A stretch of 63,685 nucleotides of DNA, counting the filler, from Octopus bimaculoides (Eukaryota): assembly GCF_001194135.2 (NCBI RefSeq). It is 13 parts of 11 records of this genome, joined end to end, with 100 filler letters (N's around TTAATTAATTAA, not from the genome) between each part and the next. Parts side by side here need not be neighbours in the genome. Positions count along the whole stretch, not along the records: positions 60,221 to 63,685 come from NC_068984.1; 12 more parts are not named here. One strand, 5' to 3'. The notes under the pieces were generated by a model. The model saw only the letters and a program-made list of their open reading frames with translations, did no database searches and was not told the origin of the DNA. Made by a program: the position numbers and the translations under genes. Every line of letters begins with the position of its first letter. The stretch's first letter is position 1. This document shows, in pieces, positions 61,223 to 63,685 of the stretch.

Positions 61223-61486
61223 NNNNNNNNNNNNNNNNNNNNNNNNNNNNNNNNNNNNNNNNNNNNNNNNNNNNNNNNNNNNNNNNNNNNNNNNNNNNNN
61301 NNNNNNNNNNNNNNNNNNNNNNNNNNNNNNNNNNNNNNNNNNNNNNNNNNNNNCTCTCTCTCTCTCTCTCTCTCTCACTATCTATCTATCTATCTATCTA
61401 TCTATCTGTCTGTCTGTCTCTCTATCTCTCTCTGTGTCTCTGTCTGTCTGTCTCTCTCTGTCTCTGTCTCTCCCTCTCTCCCTCTC

Positions 61487-61542
<56 letters not shown>

Positions 61543-62590
61543 AGCATATACACATACATACGTATACATCTTTATGTGTATAAAAACACAAATGAACATT
61601 TGCATATATATGTGTGTTGGGGGGGTCTATGCATTTATGTATGTATGTATGTATGTATGTATATGCATGCATTTATCATTGCATACGGGATTGAATATTA
61701 ATGTTTGAAAGTTTTGGCGACTGTAAGGAAATTAAAGTAACAGATGAGAGTTAAATATTAGATGCTGAATAATATAGTAGTTTTTATCACTTTAATTTTG
61801 TCACAACTCTGCACTAGTAACGTAGAAGTATGTTCAATTACTCTTCAGGCATAGAAGTACCATACTTGATTTTCAGTTTACATTCATACGGACTATATAT
61901 TTTTTTTATCTATTATCATTGTTATGAAGGACGACTATATTAAATGAGCGTGCTTGGTTTTTTATGTCTGTCAGAGTCAACTGTTCCCCAGATACATACG
62001 TTTTGATACATAATTCTATGGTTGCTGTTGTCTTTGGTAAATGCTGTTTATGTTTGACAATATTATCGTTTCCTATCTGTAAGAAAATATAGTATACATT
62101 ATTTAACATTCTTTTTATCCTGCTGATATTGATTTGAAGAGGATTTTTACAAATATTCTAGGTTGTTAAGGGTCACTCAGAAGCATCTCCGTCTGTCGTT
62201 ACATTAGAATGTATTCCAGTATGGCATTTTCTGTGATCTTGTTTAAAAAAAGGGAAATGTAAAATATAATACCAGTGTAAGTGTAATTGTGTGCAAGAAA
62301 TATGCTAAGGGCTGGTTTTAAAGAACTGTGATGTTAGACAATAGAGGAAGAAGGGAATTTTTCATTGTAATGAAAGGCGAAGTAAACTGCGTATAGTTTC
62401 GGACGTAGGAATAAATATTACAAGGACATTTTGTAAACATCGACATAACAAATTCATCAATAAAAGATGAGAAAAAAAAGAATACGAAGGATGATAAAGA
62501 ATAATAGAGTACGACTTGAAATGTGAATGGAAACATTAAATCAAACAAAGTAAAGTGATGCGAAGAAAGGGCAATGAATAGAGGAGATAA

Positions 62591-62628
<38 letters not shown>

Positions 62629-63437
62629 TGTACTTGGGTAGGAGATTGGGATAGTGTAGTGTGAGTGTGTAACTATGTGTTAGAGTGAGAGCGAGAGAGA
62701 GAGACAGATAAATGGACAGAGAGAGGCCGTGGAAGAGATACAAATTGAGAGATTGAGAGAAATGCTTGTGTAGGTTGATAGTAAGAAAATGAGGAAAAGT
62801 ACATTAGTGAAATATATTCACAGACTCTGACAAAACTCAACGAATCATATATAGATTAAGTGAAAGATAGCGGGAGAGAGAAACAAAACGTCAATTGTAT
62901 AGGAATATATGATGGAGAGTTAGTGGGCTAGAAATGAATTTATACAATGACAGAGATAGAAGGATGAGAATGTATTGAAAATTATGGGACAGACAACTTG
63001 GACAAAAATGAGGGAAAATTAATGTATAACAGCGAGTTGAATGTGAGTGAAAATAGTAGATGATGTATGTAATAGTAAGACTGACGCAGAATGAGGAACA
63101 ATGTGATGGAGAATAGAATAGCTGTTGGGAAAGAGATACAAATATAAAGGAACGAGACAGAATGGATGAAGGAAAACTAGATAGAAAAGATGCAATAAAT
63201 ACGCAAAGAATAGAAGAGTGAGAATGAGTGAGCGAGTAAGGAAGGTAATTAAAGACGGAAAACTGTATTAGGGGTGATAAAACAAACTATATAATTTGGG
63301 AGATAGCAGAGATATAATGTGAAATTAAATGAAGATATAGAGAAAGAAAACCAACAGGAAGAAACAAAGAGATTGGAAGGTAGAGAACTACAGTAAAATC
63401 AAGCACGCGCGCGCACACATACACACACACACACACA

Positions 63438-63500
<63 letters not shown>

Positions 63501-63575
63501 GTACAATGAATGAGATATATGAAAAATATGGAAGAAAATAGTTTTTTTTATAACTTATTAATATCGGGAGGCTAG

Positions 63576-63685
63576 CAACCCTGATGTTTCCAGATTTATC
63601 ACACTGGGAAGGTCGATATAGCTGACGATATCTCTAGGTCAGCGTCAGCATTAAAAAATACCTTAGACCATGACGATTTCCAGAA
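63576..63685 (+). mobile_element. Possible Gypsy RNase H C-terminal fragment
   Basis: FQIYHTGKVDIADDISR resembles F.I.Y..GK.N.AD.LSR; stop just upstream. Confidence 0.35.

Noticed and set aside
1-63685. CRISPR array, rRNA or true tRNA genes, prokaryotic operons
   Set aside because: None seen; tRNA-like sequences are SINE heads lacking a complete cloverleaf and terminator

Overview
Eukaryotic, repeat-saturated draft-assembly window with many N-gaps, some padded with an artificial TTAATTAATTAA. Dense (CA)n/(TA)n/(TAGA)n/(CATA)n microsatellites and several tRNA-derived SINE families point to an octopus genome (inference, probably Octopus bimaculoides). Almost every ORF in the supplied track is a microsatellite or gap artefact. 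Recognisable protein-coding sequence is mostly decayed transposon: two R4/Dong-type LINE 3' ends abutting (TAA)n, Penelope RT and GIY-YIG pieces, Tx1/L1, CR1-like and RTE LINE pieces, three Helitron pieces, a Tc1 transposase, Gypsy pieces and a solo LTR. A few + strand candidate exons suggest a host gene, the best being a terminal exon at 42794-42937 that encodes a hydrophobic C-terminal tail. The most interesting signals are RNA structures. (1) Two diverged repeats (30361-30426 and 58464-58526, - strand) contain the hammerhead ribozyme core strands in a non-circularly permuted order, with covarying stems I and III. (2) A minimal type I hammerhead (57524-57572) sits inside a ~260-bp element bounded by 37-bp inverted repeats. 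(3) A ~280-bp near-perfect foldback lies at 40482-40763. No computation or database search was run; all alignments and folds were done by eye.
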